NCBI GenBank assembly: GCA_003558085.1
Contig: PWMT01000080.1
Location: 1-43,844, forward strand
Direction of reading: 5' to 3'
Length of the DNA stretch: 43,844 nucleotides
Source: Methanobacteriaceae archaeon
GTDB lineage: Archaea > Methanobacteriota > Methanobacteria > Methanobacteriales > Methanobacteriaceae
Of the stretch, positions 22,382 through 34,196 are shown in pieces. Position 1 is the stretch's first letter, and each line of letters opens with the position of its first letter. The position numbers and the translations under genes are program-made. The notes beneath the pieces were generated by a model, which was not told the DNA's origin, did not search any database, and was given only the letters and a program-made list of their open reading frames with translations.

Positions 22382-22951
22382 ATAATTACTAAAAAAGATA
22401 AATCAGAAACAGACAAGACACTGCCAAAGAACTGTACTTTAAATAAATGCTTCAAATTATTCAAGAAAACTTTAAACAATTTGAGTCCTGATTTAGATAA
22501 TGAATCTCATTCAAAAAAAGATGAAATTAATCAAAACTTTCCCAATTCTACTAAGGCTTAAATTTCGGATTCTGAGGATACAACTGAAACTTCAAAACCG
22601 CTTTTAATAACTCATTTACATAAAATAATAGAAAAAATAACTTTTCACTGGAAATCTGATCGTTCTAAAATAATTAAAATCTTAAGCTTAGGTATAGGTA
22701 CCATTTTAATTATTTCCGGAATATTTTATTTAACTGGATCACCGGAAAAAGTTGCAGATAATGTTGTGTTAAATGAAAGATCAGTTATATCAGCCTTTTT
22801 AATAATTTTTGGAGTCATGTTATACACAGGATCTTTGGCTCAGCGTATTATTAGTAAAACCTCCTTTAAAAATATTTATAAGGAGGTTAAAAAAGTGGAA
22901 AAAAAACCTCCATCCACAGATAATAACGAATCAAAAAAGGATCAGAAATAA
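22382..22951 (+). pseudogene. Disrupted membrane-protein gene (two TM segments, charged N-terminus)
   Basis: One frame from 22382 to 22951 is broken by a single TAA at 22559-22561. No canonical start follows the AGGGGG RBS. Hydrophobic segments ILSLGIGTILIISGIFYL and VISAFLIIFGVMLY. Confidence 0.6.
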
Positions 22952-23156
22952 TTTATTTAAGAACTTAACCGTACAAAACTAATTTATAAGATGCTATGTT
23001 ATCGGTACTTAATAAGATCAACTAAGAAGTAATTAAGAATATCTATTATTATACTCGCCTTTTAAATAAAGGAATGTACTATTCAATATAAAAGGAGCTA
23101 ATAAATTTATTAAATTAATAGTATATTATGGATGTGAATCAATAAGGAGGATGTAA

Positions 23157-23891
23157 ATGTTTAAAGCAGAATTAAGCGACCCCAACATATTGAAAACTAG
23201 TTTTGACGCCATTTCTTCTATTGTAGATGAAGTGCAAATCCAAACCGATAGTGAAGGAATGAGACTAGATGCTCTGGATAGGAGCCATATCACTTTTGTC
23301 CATTTAGAGTTGAAGGCCAGTCTTTTTGAGGAATATGTTTGCGATGAACCAGAAAAAATAAATGTAGATACTGAAGAGCTTATGAAAGTTTTAAAACGTT
23401 CTAAAACCGATGATAGAGTTTATATGTCTCTTGATGAGGGAAATTTCATTATCACATTCGAAGGTGAAGCTAAAAGACAATTTAAAATTAGATTGATAGA
23501 TATTGAATATGAAGCTCCAAGTCCTCCTGAATTAGAATATCCCACTGACTTTGAAGTACCATTCAGCTTACTAAAAGATTCAATTCAGGATATAGATATC
23601 TTTTCCGACAAAATAGCCATGATGGTGGACGTAGATAAATTTATTGCTACTGCTGAGGGAGAATTTGGAGATGCTAATATAGAGTATCTGCACGGGGAAA
23701 AAATAGAATCAGAGGCCCGTTCTGTATTTTCTCTGGAAAAAATAAAAGAAATGCTTAAGGCAGATCGCTTTTCTGATGTAGCCACCATTAATTTAGGCAA
23801 TGATATGCCTTTAAAGCTTCGTTTAAAAATGGTAGGTGAAGAAGGGGAATTAAGTTTCTTACTAGCTCCTCGGATAGAAGCAGAAGAATGA
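23157..23891 (+). CDS. pcn: DNA sliding clamp PCNA
   Basis: [17 protein letters not shown] and FLLAPRIE. Confidence 0.97.
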   Translation: MFKAELSDPNILKTSFDAISSIVDEVQIQTDSEGMRLDALDRSHITFVHLELKASLFEEYVCDEPEKINVDTEELMKVLKRSKTDDRVYMSLDEGNFIITFEGEAKRQFKIRLIDIEYEAPSPPELEYPTDFEVPFSLLKDSIQDIDIFSDKIAMMVDVDKFIATAEGEFGDANIEYLHGEKIESEARSVFSLEKIKEMLKADRFSDVATINLGNDMPLKLRLKMVGEEGELSFLLAPRIEAEE

Positions 23892-23970
23892 ATTAAAAAA
23901 TTTTCTTCAAAATTTAATTCAAATTTAATTTATAAGTAAGAAAAAATGAAGATTTGAGAGAGGAATAGGG

Positions 23971-24750
23971 TTGGATGAATTTTTTCAGAAATTAAGAAAA
24001 ATACAAAAGAATGAACGCAGTAACAGTGGTTTGGCACGGGTAGAAGATAATTTTTATCATCAAGTTCACCGCTATCTAGAAGATTTAATGCATACCGTGG
24101 ATAATGATCCATTTAGCCTTGAACATGATCTTTTTAAGGATGCTCAGCGTATAGCCACTGAGATTTGTGAACGAAGAGAACATAAAATAGCTGATAGTGC
24201 AGTTATGAATATACAGCGTTCCTATCATCTTTTTAAAGGTAAACCTCAATTTGATCTGCAGGATACTACTCCTTTGAATCTAACCCCGGAAGAAGAAAAA
24301 TTTTATTTTTCCTTGCTAGATATATTAAAAGGCCATCGAAATAGAATTATACCTGCTATGGATATTGAAAACGGTTCTTCAAATTTAGAAGCTTATAATA
24401 TTGATAAATCCTCTAGTAAAAGTTCTTTTAGTTCTGAAGAAGAATTAAAGGATAATTCAACAAAGTTTACTATAAATAAAGATTTATTAACAAGAAAGAA
24501 ACCTCAAGACCAAATTTCTAAGGAAATAAACGATAAAAAAAATTATATTGGGTCCAAAAAATATAATGAGCTAGCTTCTAAGGCAAATAAATTTGATTTT
24601 AAGACTTTAATTATATTTGAGGAGCTTCCATCTATTTTAGGTGTGGATCAGAAAGTATACGGTCCTTTCTATCCCCAGGACGTTATTATCTTGCCTGAAC
24701 CTAATGCTCAAATATTTGTAAATAGTAGAAAAGGCAGATTTATTCAATAA
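23971..24750 (+). CDS. GINS-family replication protein (Gins51-like)
   Basis: LRKIQKNER, ERREHKI, NLTPEE, a low-complexity linker and B-domain ILGVDQKVYGPF...NA; follows pcn. Confidence 0.85.
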   Translation: MDEFFQKLRKIQKNERSNSGLARVEDNFYHQVHRYLEDLMHTVDNDPFSLEHDLFKDAQRIATEICERREHKIADSAVMNIQRSYHLFKGKPQFDLQDTTPLNLTPEEEKFYFSLLDILKGHRNRIIPAMDIENGSSNLEAYNIDKSSSKSSFSSEEELKDNSTKFTINKDLLTRKKPQDQISKEINDKKNYIGSKKYNELASKANKFDFKTLIIFEELPSILGVDQKVYGPFYPQDVIILPEPNAQIFVNSRKGRFIQ

Positions 24751-24973
24751 TCCATTTCAATCTAAGCTCTAATAAGACTTCCCCTAAAAAAAGAGCATTC
24801 CTTAAATCTTTAAATGTATTGTTCAAGGAAATTTTTTAATACAAACATATAAATAGAGATTCAAGGATAACACATAATATTATATTATTTGCCCCAGTTT
24901 TGGGTATTCATAATTTTATTGAGTTCAGATCAATTCTACGATGTGGATTTATTTTTAATATAGAGGTGATTAT

Positions 24974-25255
24974 ATGAAGATTCCTAAAGAAAGGAGAACA
25001 TACTGTCCTACTTGTAAGAAACATACAGCTCACAATGTATTAGTATCAAAAAAAAGGAAAGCTAGTGAGCTTAAATGGGGACAAAGGCAATTTAGGAGAG
25101 TAACTAGTGGTTATAGGGGATATCCTCGCCCATTACCCTCTGGTAATAAACCAGTTAAGAAACTAGATTTAAGATTCAAGTGTAAAGAATGTGGAAAATC
25201 CCATATTAAGAAACATACTTTCCGACCAGGCAAAGTAGAATTTATAACTAAATAG
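24974..25255 (+). CDS. rpl44e: 50S ribosomal protein L44e
   Basis: [27 protein letters not shown] and CKECGK. Confidence 0.97.
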   Translation: MKIPKERRTYCPTCKKHTAHNVLVSKKRKASELKWGQRQFRRVTSGYRGYPRPLPSGNKPVKKLDLRFKCKECGKSHIKKHTFRPGKVEFITK

Positions 25256-25266
25256 GAGTTTTGATT

Positions 25267-25452
25267 ATGGCAAGTTTTTCCCCTAAAAAAAGTAACTTCC
25301 TTCGAGTTAAATGTATGGATTGTGGTAACCAGCAAGTAGTGTTTGATAAAGCTGCTTCTGTAGTCCAATGCATAATTTGTGGCAAAACCCTGGTTAAACC
25401 CAGGGGTGGTAAGTCCCACATTACAGCACAAATAACCGAAGTTTTAGATTAA
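25267..25452 (+). CDS. rps27e: 30S ribosomal protein S27e
   Basis: [16 protein letters not shown] and [13 protein letters not shown]. Confidence 0.96.
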   Translation: MASFSPKKSNFLRVKCMDCGNQQVVFDKAASVVQCIICGKTLVKPRGGKSHITAQITEVLD

Positions 25453-25478
25453 TCATTTTTTAGATGTAGGTGTTTTTA

Positions 25479-26258
25479 ATGGTAAGAAGACAAAAGCAAT
25501 GGCCTGATGAAGGAGAACTTATAGTAGGAACAGTACATAAAGTTCTAAATTACGGTGCCTTTGCCACCCTCGAAGAATATCCTGGCAAAGAAGCATTTAT
25601 TCATATTTCAGAGGTTTCCTCTGGTTGGGTTAAAAATATTAGGGATTATGTTAGAGAAAATCAAAAAATTGTAGCTCGTGTTTTACGAGTTAACCCTAGA
25701 AAGGGGCATGTTGATGTTTCCATGAAAAGAATCCGAGAAGATCAGAGGACAAAAAAAATTCAATCCTGGAAAATAGAACAAAAAGCGGAAAAATTCCTGG
25801 AATTAGTAGGTAAAGGTATGGATAAAGATTTGGATACTGCCTATGAAGAAGTTGGTTATCAACTGATGGAACAATATGGAGATATTTATGGAGCATTTGA
25901 AACTGCTGCAGAAGAAGGTGAGAAGCTTTTAATTGAGGACGGTATTGATCCTGAATGGGCTAAATCTATTGCTGAAATAGCTAAGAAGAATATTACCCCA
26001 CCAGAAGTTCAAATTAGCGGCTATGTTGATCTTAAATCTTACGCCCCTGAGGGAGTGTACATTATTAAAAAAGCCCTTAGAAGCGCTGAAGCTGATAATG
26101 TAGTTGTTCAGTGTGTAGGGGCTCCTAGATATCGGCTCATAGTTACTTCCAGTGATTACATCCAGGCGGAAAAAAATTTGAAGGATGCAGCGCAAAGTTG
26201 TATAGAATTAGTAGAAGCTAATGAAGGTGAAGGAACCTTTTATCGTGAACTAGAATGA
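25479..26258 (+). CDS. eif2a: Translation initiation factor aIF2 alpha
   Basis: WPDEGELI, S1 domain [17 protein letters not shown] and GAPRY. Confidence 0.97.
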   Translation: MVRRQKQWPDEGELIVGTVHKVLNYGAFATLEEYPGKEAFIHISEVSSGWVKNIRDYVRENQKIVARVLRVNPRKGHVDVSMKRIREDQRTKKIQSWKIEQKAEKFLELVGKGMDKDLDTAYEEVGYQLMEQYGDIYGAFETAAEEGEKLLIEDGIDPEWAKSIAEIAKKNITPPEVQISGYVDLKSYAPEGVYIIKKALRSAEADNVVVQCVGAPRYRLIVTSSDYIQAEKNLKDAAQSCIELVEANEGEGTFYRELE

Positions 26259-26425
26259 AAATGCGAAAATGCACTTCCTGTAACAGCTATACTTTACAGG
26301 ATAAATGTCCTCTTTGCAAGGGAGAAGTAAGAGTAGTTTTCCCAGCCAAATATTCGCCTGAAGATAAATATGGTAGATATCGCCGAATTCTTAAAAAACA
26401 GGCGCATAAAAGGGAAAAAGACTAG
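26255..26425 (+). CDS. nop10: H/ACA RNP protein Nop10 (56 aa; below the ORF-track cutoff)
   Basis: [23 protein letters not shown]...[18 protein letters not shown] overlap with aIF2 alpha. Confidence 0.95.
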   Translation: MKMRKCTSCNSYTLQDKCPLCKGEVRVVFPAKYSPEDKYGRYRRILKKQAHKREKD

Positions 26426-26461
26426 ATATAAATTATTTTTAAGCTAATAGGATGGATCGTC

Positions 26462-27235
26462 ATGAAAAAAACCATGGTTAAAATATTGGAAGAAGTGGAT
26501 TTAGATCAACCAATTTTTATCGAAGCCTTACCAGGCATAGGTCATGTAGGAAAAATGGCAGCAGATCATATAATAGCTGAATTGGATGCAGTTAAGTTCG
26601 CTGAAATTTACTCACCTTCATTTCCTCCTCAAGTAATGGTTAATGATGAAGGTATAATAGATACAATGAAAAATGAGTTCTATTATTTAAAATCTGCTGG
26701 AGAAGATAAGGAAGATTATATACTTTTAGTTGGAAATACTCAAGGATTATCTCCTGAGGGCCAATATGAAGTATGTGGTCTTATATTAGATTTAGTGGAA
26801 AAACATGGAGTTAAGGAAATTTATACTCTCGGTTGTTTAGCTACAGGTCAACCAGTTAAAAAAACCAAGATTTTCGGAGCAGCAACTGATAAAAAAATGG
26901 CTGAAAAACTTAAAAAATATGATGTAACCATGCGTTCAGCTGATGGTGGCATTATAGGGGCTTCTGGACTTTTATTAGGAATGGGAACGCTTCGTAACAT
27001 GTCTGGAGCTTGTTTAATGGGTGAAACTCCGGGATATTTTATTGATGCTGAGGCAGCTAAAGCCATTTTAAATGTTCTACTAGCCATTCTCAAATTAGAT
27101 GTGGATACTGAAAAGTTAGATGAAAGAGCAGAGGAAACCAAGAAAATGATTTCCAAAGCGCAAAAAATGGAACAAGAAATGGCAGAACGCATGACCCTGA
27201 AACCAGGTGAAGAAGATCTTCGATATATTGGATGA
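26462..27235 (+). CDS. Proteasome assembly chaperone (PAC2) family protein
   Basis: [32 protein letters not shown] and C-terminal LRYIG. Confidence 0.92.
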   Translation: MKKTMVKILEEVDLDQPIFIEALPGIGHVGKMAADHIIAELDAVKFAEIYSPSFPPQVMVNDEGIIDTMKNEFYYLKSAGEDKEDYILLVGNTQGLSPEGQYEVCGLILDLVEKHGVKEIYTLGCLATGQPVKKTKIFGAATDKKMAEKLKKYDVTMRSADGGIIGASGLLLGMGTLRNMSGACLMGETPGYFIDAEAAKAILNVLLAILKLDVDTEKLDERAEETKKMISKAQKMEQEMAERMTLKPGEEDLRYIG

Positions 27236-27734
27236 ATTAATTTTTATTAATCACATCCTTATTTTTTTTTAAATCACTAAATTATAATATTTCTCAAGTA
27301 TTTAAAACCATTTTTATATACTTATTTTCATTTTTAATAAAATATGTGCATTTTTTTCTAAAATAACATTCTGATTCATATATACTTTTCTCAATAGGCA
27401 GGATTATTCTTTAAAAAATAAAATTAAGTTAGTTAGATTTAATTTTTACTTATAAAATATAAAAAATGAAATCACTACCAATTTTAAAGAAAAAAAATAG
27501 GGCTGATAAATTAAACCAATTATCCAGATTTAATGGATTAATCCCATATTTGCAATTATTTTATTGGAGAGTAGAACTTTTACTTATAGCTGAAGAAAAA
27601 AGCTAGATTAAATCTATTTTTAGTTAAAATTATGGTTTTAGTTTAATAGCTAGTTATTAAAATAGCTTAATTAAAAAAAATTTACTTACTCTTTTCTTTA
27701 ATTTTATATATTAAGAATTAGCAAACCATTGTTT

Positions 27735-28925
27735 ATGATAGTTAATGCTGATTTACATATTCATAGTTGTTTTTCCCGAGCTACTTCTAAAAAAATGGTT
27801 ATTGATGTTATAGCTCCCCAAGCAAAACTTAAAGGATTGCAACTAGTAGGCACTGGTGATGGATTACATGGAAAATGGTTAAAAATTATAGAAGAAAGTA
27901 CTATTCCTGCGGGGGATGGAATTTATTCTAAAGATGGTTGTGATTTCATTATAACAGCTGAAGTGGAAGATAATAAAAGAGTGCACCATCTGCTGATTTT
28001 ACCTTCTATAGAAATAGCTTATGAGTTAAGAGAGAAATTTGTATCTATAAATAAAGATAATGATGGTCGTCCAAGTCTAAGGATGAATGGTGCAGAAATA
28101 ATGGATATTACACATGATCACGATGGATTAATTGGCCCAGCCCATGCTTTCACACCTTGGACCAGTATGTATAAGACTTTTGATAGCTATTTAGATTGTT
28201 ATGGAAAAAAACCAGATTTTTTGGAATTAGGGCTTTCAGCTGATACTAAAATGGCAGACATGATCAAAGAATTGGAAGATATACCTTTTTTAACTAATTC
28301 TGATGCACATTCGCCTTGGCCTCATCGTTTGGGTAGGGAATTCAATCAGATAGAAATGGATGAAGTTTCTTTTTCCTCTTTAAAGAATATTTTTAAGCGA
28401 AAGAAAATTAAGGCTAATTATGGTATGGATCCGAGATTAGGTAAATACCATCTTACGGCCTGTAGTAAATGTTATCATATTATTAATCCTAAAAAAGCCA
28501 TCGAAATGAAAATGAAATGCCCTGAATGTAGTAAAATTATCAAAAAGGGAGTAGATTATCGTATTTCTGAAATAGCTACTTGGAATAAACCGCACCATCC
28601 CTATCATCGCCCCCCTTATATTCATATATTACCCTTAGCTGAAATCATAGCAATGACCTATTCTAAGGGAGTAACCACCAAATATGTGCAAAACATATGG
28701 GAAGTTTTAATCCAAGAATTTGGCAATGAGATTGAAGTAATGATAAATACACCTTTAGCTGAAATAAAATCTATTGATAAAAAAATCGCTCATTCAATTG
28801 AGGGCTTCCGCAATAAGACTCTAATTATGATTCCCGGGGGCGGGGGTAAGTATGGTGAGATTAAATTTCCAGAAAAAAATTTAGATAAATATTTTTCTAA
28901 AAAAAGGAAAATTAATATAAATTGA
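27735..28925 (+). CDS. Endonuclease Q-like PHP-family protein (TIGR00375)
   Basis: ADLHIHS, GTGD, HAFTPW, ELGLSAD, NSDAHS, RLGREF, LGKYH, Zn motif CSKC...CPEC and PGGGGKYG. Confidence 0.88.
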   Translation: MIVNADLHIHSCFSRATSKKMVIDVIAPQAKLKGLQLVGTGDGLHGKWLKIIEESTIPAGDGIYSKDGCDFIITAEVEDNKRVHHLLILPSIEIAYELREKFVSINKDNDGRPSLRMNGAEIMDITHDHDGLIGPAHAFTPWTSMYKTFDSYLDCYGKKPDFLELGLSADTKMADMIKELEDIPFLTNSDAHSPWPHRLGREFNQIEMDEVSFSSLKNIFKRKKIKANYGMDPRLGKYHLTACSKCYHIINPKKAIEMKMKCPECSKIIKKGVDYRISEIATWNKPHHPYHRPPYIHILPLAEIIAMTYSKGVTTKYVQNIWEVLIQEFGNEIEVMINTPLAEIKSIDKKIAHSIEGFRNKTLIMIPGGGGKYGEIKFPEKNLDKYFSKKRKININ

Positions 28926-28929
28926 AATC

Positions 28930-29006
<77 letters not shown>

Positions 29007-29052
29007 CCATCTTATTTTATTTAACCAGAATTAGAAAAAATAGATTTTTTTG

Positions 29053-29127
<75 letters not shown>

Positions 29128-29161
29128 TGTATAGAATGAAAAAATAATTAATTAGTTAGAA

Positions 29162-29872
29162 TCATCGATATATCGGCGATTCTGGTACTTGAACATTTTC
29201 AGCTAGTTTCTTTAATCTGGATTCAATTTCCTGTGCTTCCTTTAGTAGAGGTTCTGGATCAATTTCTTTATCAAGAATCTTGTTTATTTTTTCAATAATT
29301 TCAGCTGCAGCACGAGGATCAGGATAATGATTAAGTACTTCGGCAAATAGGCAAGAAGCCGGTATTTCTTGGGTTGCGCATCTAGTGAGAAGAGTTCCAG
29401 ATATGCCGTTTATGTTTCCAAAAGGAACGATGGTTAAACCCATTTCATCTAGTTTTTTAACAATCTCCCGATTATTCCCAGCAGCAGCTACTAAATGTTG
29501 TTTTTCTTTTACTATAAGACTGTTGAATGTAATAAGTTCTGTACTATTATTTTTAATCATCCAGTCTACGATGGCCTTAGTCATATCATATACTACAGCA
29601 GGAGGTACGATAAAATCAGATAGAAATAGTACAATCCCATCTCCTTCATAAATCCTGAAAGGATGTATTGCCACGCCTTTATAGAGAACAGCTAAAGGAG
29701 GAAAATATTTAGATTCAATATAGCCTATTTCCCTCATATTTAACTCTTCCACCATTAACCAGCCTAATATATTGCCGATTAGTCCCATTCCAGGCGAAGC
29801 TTCGATTACTATAGCATCTTTAATATCTTCTGAGATTATCGTGCAGCATTCAGTTTCAGTTTCAACCTTCAT
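29162..29872 (-). CDS. Proteasome assembly chaperone (PAC2) family protein with C-terminal HbYX
   Basis: [32 protein letters not shown] and C-terminal IYR. Confidence 0.9.
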   Translation of the reverse strand: MKVETETECCTIISEDIKDAIVIEASPGMGLIGNILGWLMVEELNMREIGYIESKYFPPLAVLYKGVAIHPFRIYEGDGIVLFLSDFIVPPAVVYDMTKAIVDWMIKNNSTELITFNSLIVKEKQHLVAAAGNNREIVKKLDEMGLTIVPFGNINGISGTLLTRCATQEIPASCLFAEVLNHYPDPRAAAEIIEKINKILDKEIDPEPLLKEAQEIESRLKKLAENVQVPESPIYR

Positions 29873-30318
29873 GGTGCACCACCGGCTCCTCCTAAACTTT
29901 TACCGGTATATGCATCTATATAAATTTCTCCTACTTGCGCACTGTTCATCATCACAGGAACCATATAGGCTTGTCTGCCCCCGTAGGTAGTTTGCCTTGG
30001 GATGCCAGCTACTGCTCCTTCCTCTTGAATATAATTATTTTGTGCGATATTCCTTGCCTTCGAGCTAGTTATCATTGGAGAACCTCCTGTACTTCCCTGT
30101 CCACTTGATTGTCCACTTCCACCAGAAGTACTTTCACCAAAGATTCCTTCGCCTTGTCCACCAGATATTCCTATACCCTCATCTTGCAGGGCAGGATTTT
30201 GATTATCTGTGCCTGTCATTTGCCATAAGTCTGGGGTTTGGCTAATTTGATAACCAGCTGCCGCTACCCCTACGATTAGAACTATAGCAACTGATACTAA
30301 GATTTTCGAGTTTATCAT
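29869..30318 (-). CDS. Secreted or membrane-anchored PepSY-like protein
   Basis: N-terminal hydrophobic segment, G/S-rich linker, [10 protein letters not shown] and [11 protein letters not shown]. Confidence 0.8.
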   Translation of the reverse strand: MINSKILVSVAIVLIVGVAAAGYQISQTPDLWQMTGTDNQNPALQDEGIGISGGQGEGIFGESTSGGSGQSSGQGSTGGSPMITSSKARNIAQNNYIQEEGAVAGIPRQTTYGGRQAYMVPVMMNSAQVGEIYIDAYTGKSLGGAGGAP

Positions 30319-30639
30319 TAACTCACCTTCATAACATTAATTATATATCTATTTATCTTTGTAATTCGGTCTTAATAAATGTATATCTTATTATATTCAG
30401 TTATTTATTTGTGAATTATAACTTAGAACTAATAATTGATATAGCTATCATTTTATTGGGAATAAGATATTATTTTAGCTTAGTTATAAACTTTATGCAA
30501 ACTAGTTAAAAATTTATAAAATTCAATAATACTTTTACTTTTTAAGGGATGAAATTATTTTATTTTAAATAATTAATAAAGTTTTAAAATCGTGAATTTA
30601 AAATTATTTAATAGGAATTTCTTTTTATCATTTGGTTTT

Positions 30640-30694
30640 ATAAGTTATATAAATACTTTTCATTTTATTTTCAATTGAAAAACTTATAACTTAT
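30640..30694 (+). promoter_or_regulatory. Putative frh promoter: TATA box plus palindromic elements
   Basis: TTATATAAA at 30645-30653; palindrome TTTTCAATTGAAAA at 30668-30681; flanking inverted repeat ATAAGTTATA/TATAACTTAT. Confidence 0.45.
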
Positions 30695-30749
30695 GATAGA
30701 ACCAATATAAATGTTAGTTATTAAACTTTAAAAACAAGAGGTGATACAT

Positions 30750-31967
30750 TTGAGCGAAAAGATTGTTATATCGCCGACATCACGACAAGAAGGACATGCG
30801 GAACTTGTCATGGAAGTCGATGATGAAGGAATCGTGACCAAGGGGCGATACTTCAGTATTACTCCTGTTAGAGGCCTAGAGAAGATAGTGACTGGTAAAG
30901 CTCCAGAAACAGCACCGGTGATTACTCAGAGGATTTGTGGTGTTTGTCCTATACCTCATACTCTGGCTTCTGTGGAAGCGATGGACGACTCTCTCGATAT
31001 TGAAGTACCTAAAGCAGGTAGACAATTAAGAGAGTTAATTCTAGCTGCTCATCACGTAAACAGTCATGCTATCCATCAGTTCCTGATAGCTGCTGATTTT
31101 GTACCAGAAAACTTAATGGCTGCCGCCATAAATTCAGTTTCCGAGGTACGAAAAACAGCCCAATATGTAGTGGACATGGTGGGCGGTGAAGGTATTCATC
31201 CCTCCGAAATTCGTATTGGGGGAATGGCTGACAATATAAGTGAATTAGCACGAAAAAAACTATATGCTCGACTTAAACAGTTAAAACCAAAGTTAGATGA
31301 ACATGTTGATTTAATAATTGGTTTGGTAGCAGATAAGGGATTACCAGAAGGTTTAGGGGTGCACAATCAGCCTACTTTGGCTACACACCAAATTTATGGT
31401 GACCGTAACGAATTTGACCTTGAAAGGTTCACTGAAATCATGCCTGAAAGCTGGTATGATGATCCGGAAGTTGCCAAAAGGGCTTGCTCAACCATACCGC
31501 TATATGATGGCGTTAACGTAGAAGTTGGTCCAAGAGCAAGAGCAGTTGAATATAAAGGATTCAATGAAAGAGGTGTGGTAGCTCAACATGTAGCTCGAGC
31601 ATTGGAACAGAAAACTGCTTTATCTAGAGCAATTACTATATTAGATGAACTAGATACTTCTGCACCGGCAAGAGCTGATTTCGATATAACTGGTACTAAT
31701 AAATTAGGTGTCGGTGCTATTGAAGGACCAAGAGGTATGGACGTACATATGGCCCAGGTAGCTAATGGTAAAACTCAGTTTTACAGTGCATTAGTACCAA
31801 CTACTTGGAATATACCCACTATGGGTCCAGCAACTGAAGGCTTCCACCATGAATTTGGACCTCATGTTATCCGAGCGTATGATCCATGTCTATCCTGTGC
31901 TACCCACGTAATGGTAGTTGACGATGAGGACAGAAGTATCATTAAAAATGAAATGGTCAGACTTTAA
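30750..31967 (+). CDS. frhA: Coenzyme F420-reducing hydrogenase alpha subunit
   Basis: RQEGH, RGLE, L1 motif RICGVC, L2 motif [12 protein letters not shown] and a cleavable C-terminal tail; TTG start after GAGGTGA. Confidence 0.97.
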   Translation: MSEKIVISPTSRQEGHAELVMEVDDEGIVTKGRYFSITPVRGLEKIVTGKAPETAPVITQRICGVCPIPHTLASVEAMDDSLDIEVPKAGRQLRELILAAHHVNSHAIHQFLIAADFVPENLMAAAINSVSEVRKTAQYVVDMVGGEGIHPSEIRIGGMADNISELARKKLYARLKQLKPKLDEHVDLIIGLVADKGLPEGLGVHNQPTLATHQIYGDRNEFDLERFTEIMPESWYDDPEVAKRACSTIPLYDGVNVEVGPRARAVEYKGFNERGVVAQHVARALEQKTALSRAITILDELDTSAPARADFDITGTNKLGVGAIEGPRGMDVHMAQVANGKTQFYSALVPTTWNIPTMGPATEGFHHEFGPHVIRAYDPCLSCATHVMVVDDEDRSIIKNEMVRL

Positions 31968-31986
31968 GCTAGTTTAAGGGAATATT

Positions 31987-32463
31987 ATGCCATACGATGC
32001 GGAGATTTTAGTTGTGGGCTGTGGAAATGTCTTATTTAAAGACGATGGTTTTGGCCCAGCAGTGATAGAGGCTTTAGAGGCCTACTTCAAAGAAAATGAA
32101 GATCAGCGTCCAGAAAATATCATGTTTATTGATGCTGGTACTGGAGGCCCTCATTTTGTATTCTCTCTCCCTCATGAATCTTGGAAAAAAATGATTGTGG
32201 TGGATGTGGTTGAATATAAGGGGGAACCTGGTGAATTAAGAACATTTGAAGTCAATGAAATTCCAAAGGGATCATATGAAAATATGCATTCCTGGCCGGT
32301 TAATCAACCGTTGCATGAACTCAGTAAACAAATTGAGGTAATAGTAATTGGATGTAAACCTAAGGAAGTCTCTGCACCAAATGTAGAAATGGGTCTTACA
32401 CCCCCTGTCGAAGCAGCTATTCCCAAGGCCATTAAAAAAATTTTAAAAGAAATTGGGGTTTAG
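31987..32463 (+). CDS. frhD: Hydrogenase maturation endopeptidase
   Basis: [24 protein letters not shown] and NMHSWP. Confidence 0.95.
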   Translation: MPYDAEILVVGCGNVLFKDDGFGPAVIEALEAYFKENEDQRPENIMFIDAGTGGPHFVFSLPHESWKKMIVVDVVEYKGEPGELRTFEVNEIPKGSYENMHSWPVNQPLHELSKQIEVIVIGCKPKEVSAPNVEMGLTPPVEAAIPKAIKKILKEIGV

Positions 32464-32466
32464 CAA

Positions 32467-33279
32467 ATGAGTTTGATCGATCGAATTAAGCAATTTTTAG
32501 GATTTAAGGCTAAACCGGATAAAGAAGCTAAAGCAGATGAGGGAGCTTCTAAAAAGGAGGTTAAAAAAGTGGCTGAAGAAAAAGCAAAACCAAGAATTGG
32601 TTACATTCATTTAAGTGGATGTACTGGAGATGTTATATCGTTAAGTGAAAATTACGACATTCTCGCGGAATTACTCACCAATATGGTGGATATAGTTTAC
32701 GGACAAACCCTGGTGGACAATTGGGAAGTACCAGAAATGGACCTTGCTCTAGTAGAGGGGTCTGTCTGTCTGCAGGATGAACATAGCCTGCAGGAATTAA
32801 TGGAAGTAAGGGAAAAGGCAGCAATGGTCTGTGCTTTTGGATCCTGTTCTGCGACTGGATGTTTCACCCGATATTCTCGCGGTGGACAACAAGCACAACC
32901 AGCCCATGAATCCTTTGTACCTATTGCAGATTTAGTAAAAGTAGATTGCGCCATACCGGGATGCCCACCTACTCCTGAAATTATAGCAAAAACCGTCGTA
33001 GCTCTAATTAATGGCGACATGGATTATTTACAGCCTATGATTGACTTAGCAGGTTATACTGAAGCATGTGGCTGTGACTTACAACTTAAAGTTGTTAATC
33101 AGGCACTATGTATTGCCTGTGGAACCTGTGCCATGTCCTGCCAGACCAGAGCTCTCGACATGACCAATGGTCGGCCAGAATTAAACGAAGATCGTTGTGT
33201 TAAATGTGGAATATGTTATGTACAATGTCCACGAAGCTGGTGGCCAGAAGAACAAATTAAAAAGGACTTAGGGCTATAG
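32467..33279 (+). CDS. frhG: Coenzyme F420-reducing hydrogenase gamma subunit
   Basis: [19 protein letters not shown] and two ferredoxin motifs (CIACGTC...C, CVKCGIC...CP). Confidence 0.96.
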   Translation: MSLIDRIKQFLGFKAKPDKEAKADEGASKKEVKKVAEEKAKPRIGYIHLSGCTGDVISLSENYDILAELLTNMVDIVYGQTLVDNWEVPEMDLALVEGSVCLQDEHSLQELMEVREKAAMVCAFGSCSATGCFTRYSRGGQQAQPAHESFVPIADLVKVDCAIPGCPPTPEIIAKTVVALINGDMDYLQPMIDLAGYTEACGCDLQLKVVNQALCIACGTCAMSCQTRALDMTNGRPELNEDRCVKCGICYVQCPRSWWPEEQIKKDLGL

Positions 33280-33291
33280 GAGGCTGAGAAA

Positions 33292-34137
33292 ATGGTTTTA
33301 GGTACTTACAAAGAAATAGTTTCTGCAAGAGCAACTGATAAAGAAATTCAAAATGTTTCACAAGACGGAGGAATTGTAACTGGCCTTCTTGCATATGCAC
33401 TGGATGAAAAAATCATCGAAGGAGCGGTGGTAGCTGGTCCTGGAGAGGAATTCTGGAAACCAGAACCAATGGTGGCTATGACTGCTGATGAAATCATTGC
33501 CGCAGCTGGAACTAAATATACATTCTCACCGAATGTGATGATGTTAAAAAAGGCTGTACGCCAATATGGTATTGAAAAGTTAGGTACTGTTGCCATCCCC
33601 TGTCAAACCATGGGTATTAGAAAAACGCAAAGTTATCCCTTCGGTGTAAGATTCTTAGCAGATAAAATAAAATTACTGGTAGGAATATACTGTATGGAAA
33701 ACTTCCCATTTGCATCATTACAGACTTTTATTTCCGAAAAAATGGGTATTGATCCTACTTTAGTGGAAAAAATGGATATAGGTAAAGGTAAATTCTGGGT
33801 GTACACTCAGGATGATGTATTCAATATCCCACTCAAGGAGACCCACGGATATGAACAGGATGGATGTAACGTATGTCTTGATTACACTTGTGAATTAGCT
33901 GATCTTGCCACGGGTTCTGTTGGTTCTCCAGATGGTTGGTCCACAGTTATAACCAGAACTGAGGATGGAAATTCTATTTTCCAGCAAGCTGTTGAAACCG
34001 GAGTTTTCGAGACTAAAGACATGGCCAATGTGAAACCAGGTCTTGATCTTTTAGAAAAATTGGCTGCTCAGAAAAAAGATAAAAATCAGAAAACAATCGA
34101 CAAGAGAAAAGAAATGGGACTACCGGTTCCTTACTAA
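33292..34137 (+). CDS. frhB: Coenzyme F420-reducing hydrogenase beta subunit
   Basis: QDGGIVT, AAGTKY, PCQ, IYCMENF, GCNVCLD and [11 protein letters not shown]. Confidence 0.97.
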   Translation: MVLGTYKEIVSARATDKEIQNVSQDGGIVTGLLAYALDEKIIEGAVVAGPGEEFWKPEPMVAMTADEIIAAAGTKYTFSPNVMMLKKAVRQYGIEKLGTVAIPCQTMGIRKTQSYPFGVRFLADKIKLLVGIYCMENFPFASLQTFISEKMGIDPTLVEKMDIGKGKFWVYTQDDVFNIPLKETHGYEQDGCNVCLDYTCELADLATGSVGSPDGWSTVITRTEDGNSIFQQAVETGVFETKDMANVKPGLDLLEKLAAQKKDKNQKTIDKRKEMGLPVPY

Positions 34138-34144
34138 TTCTCTT

Positions 34145-34160
34145 ATTTTTTTATTTTTTA
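34145..34160 (+). terminator. Oligo-T terminator after frhB
   Basis: Tandem T-runs directly after the frhB stop codon. Confidence 0.5.
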
Positions 34161-34196
34161 TATATATTAAGTAAAATTATTGTTCTACTCTATTTT

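Noticed and set aside
22210..22392. 60-aa ORF overlapping tfs
   Set aside because: Alternative frame inside tfs with no independent evidence.
24891..24905. Small hairpin in the rpl44e leader
   Set aside because: Only about 4 bp; too weak to support.
30750..31967. Selenocysteine recoding in the hydrogenase large subunit
   Set aside because: All four Ni ligands are ordinary Cys codons and there is no in-frame TGA.
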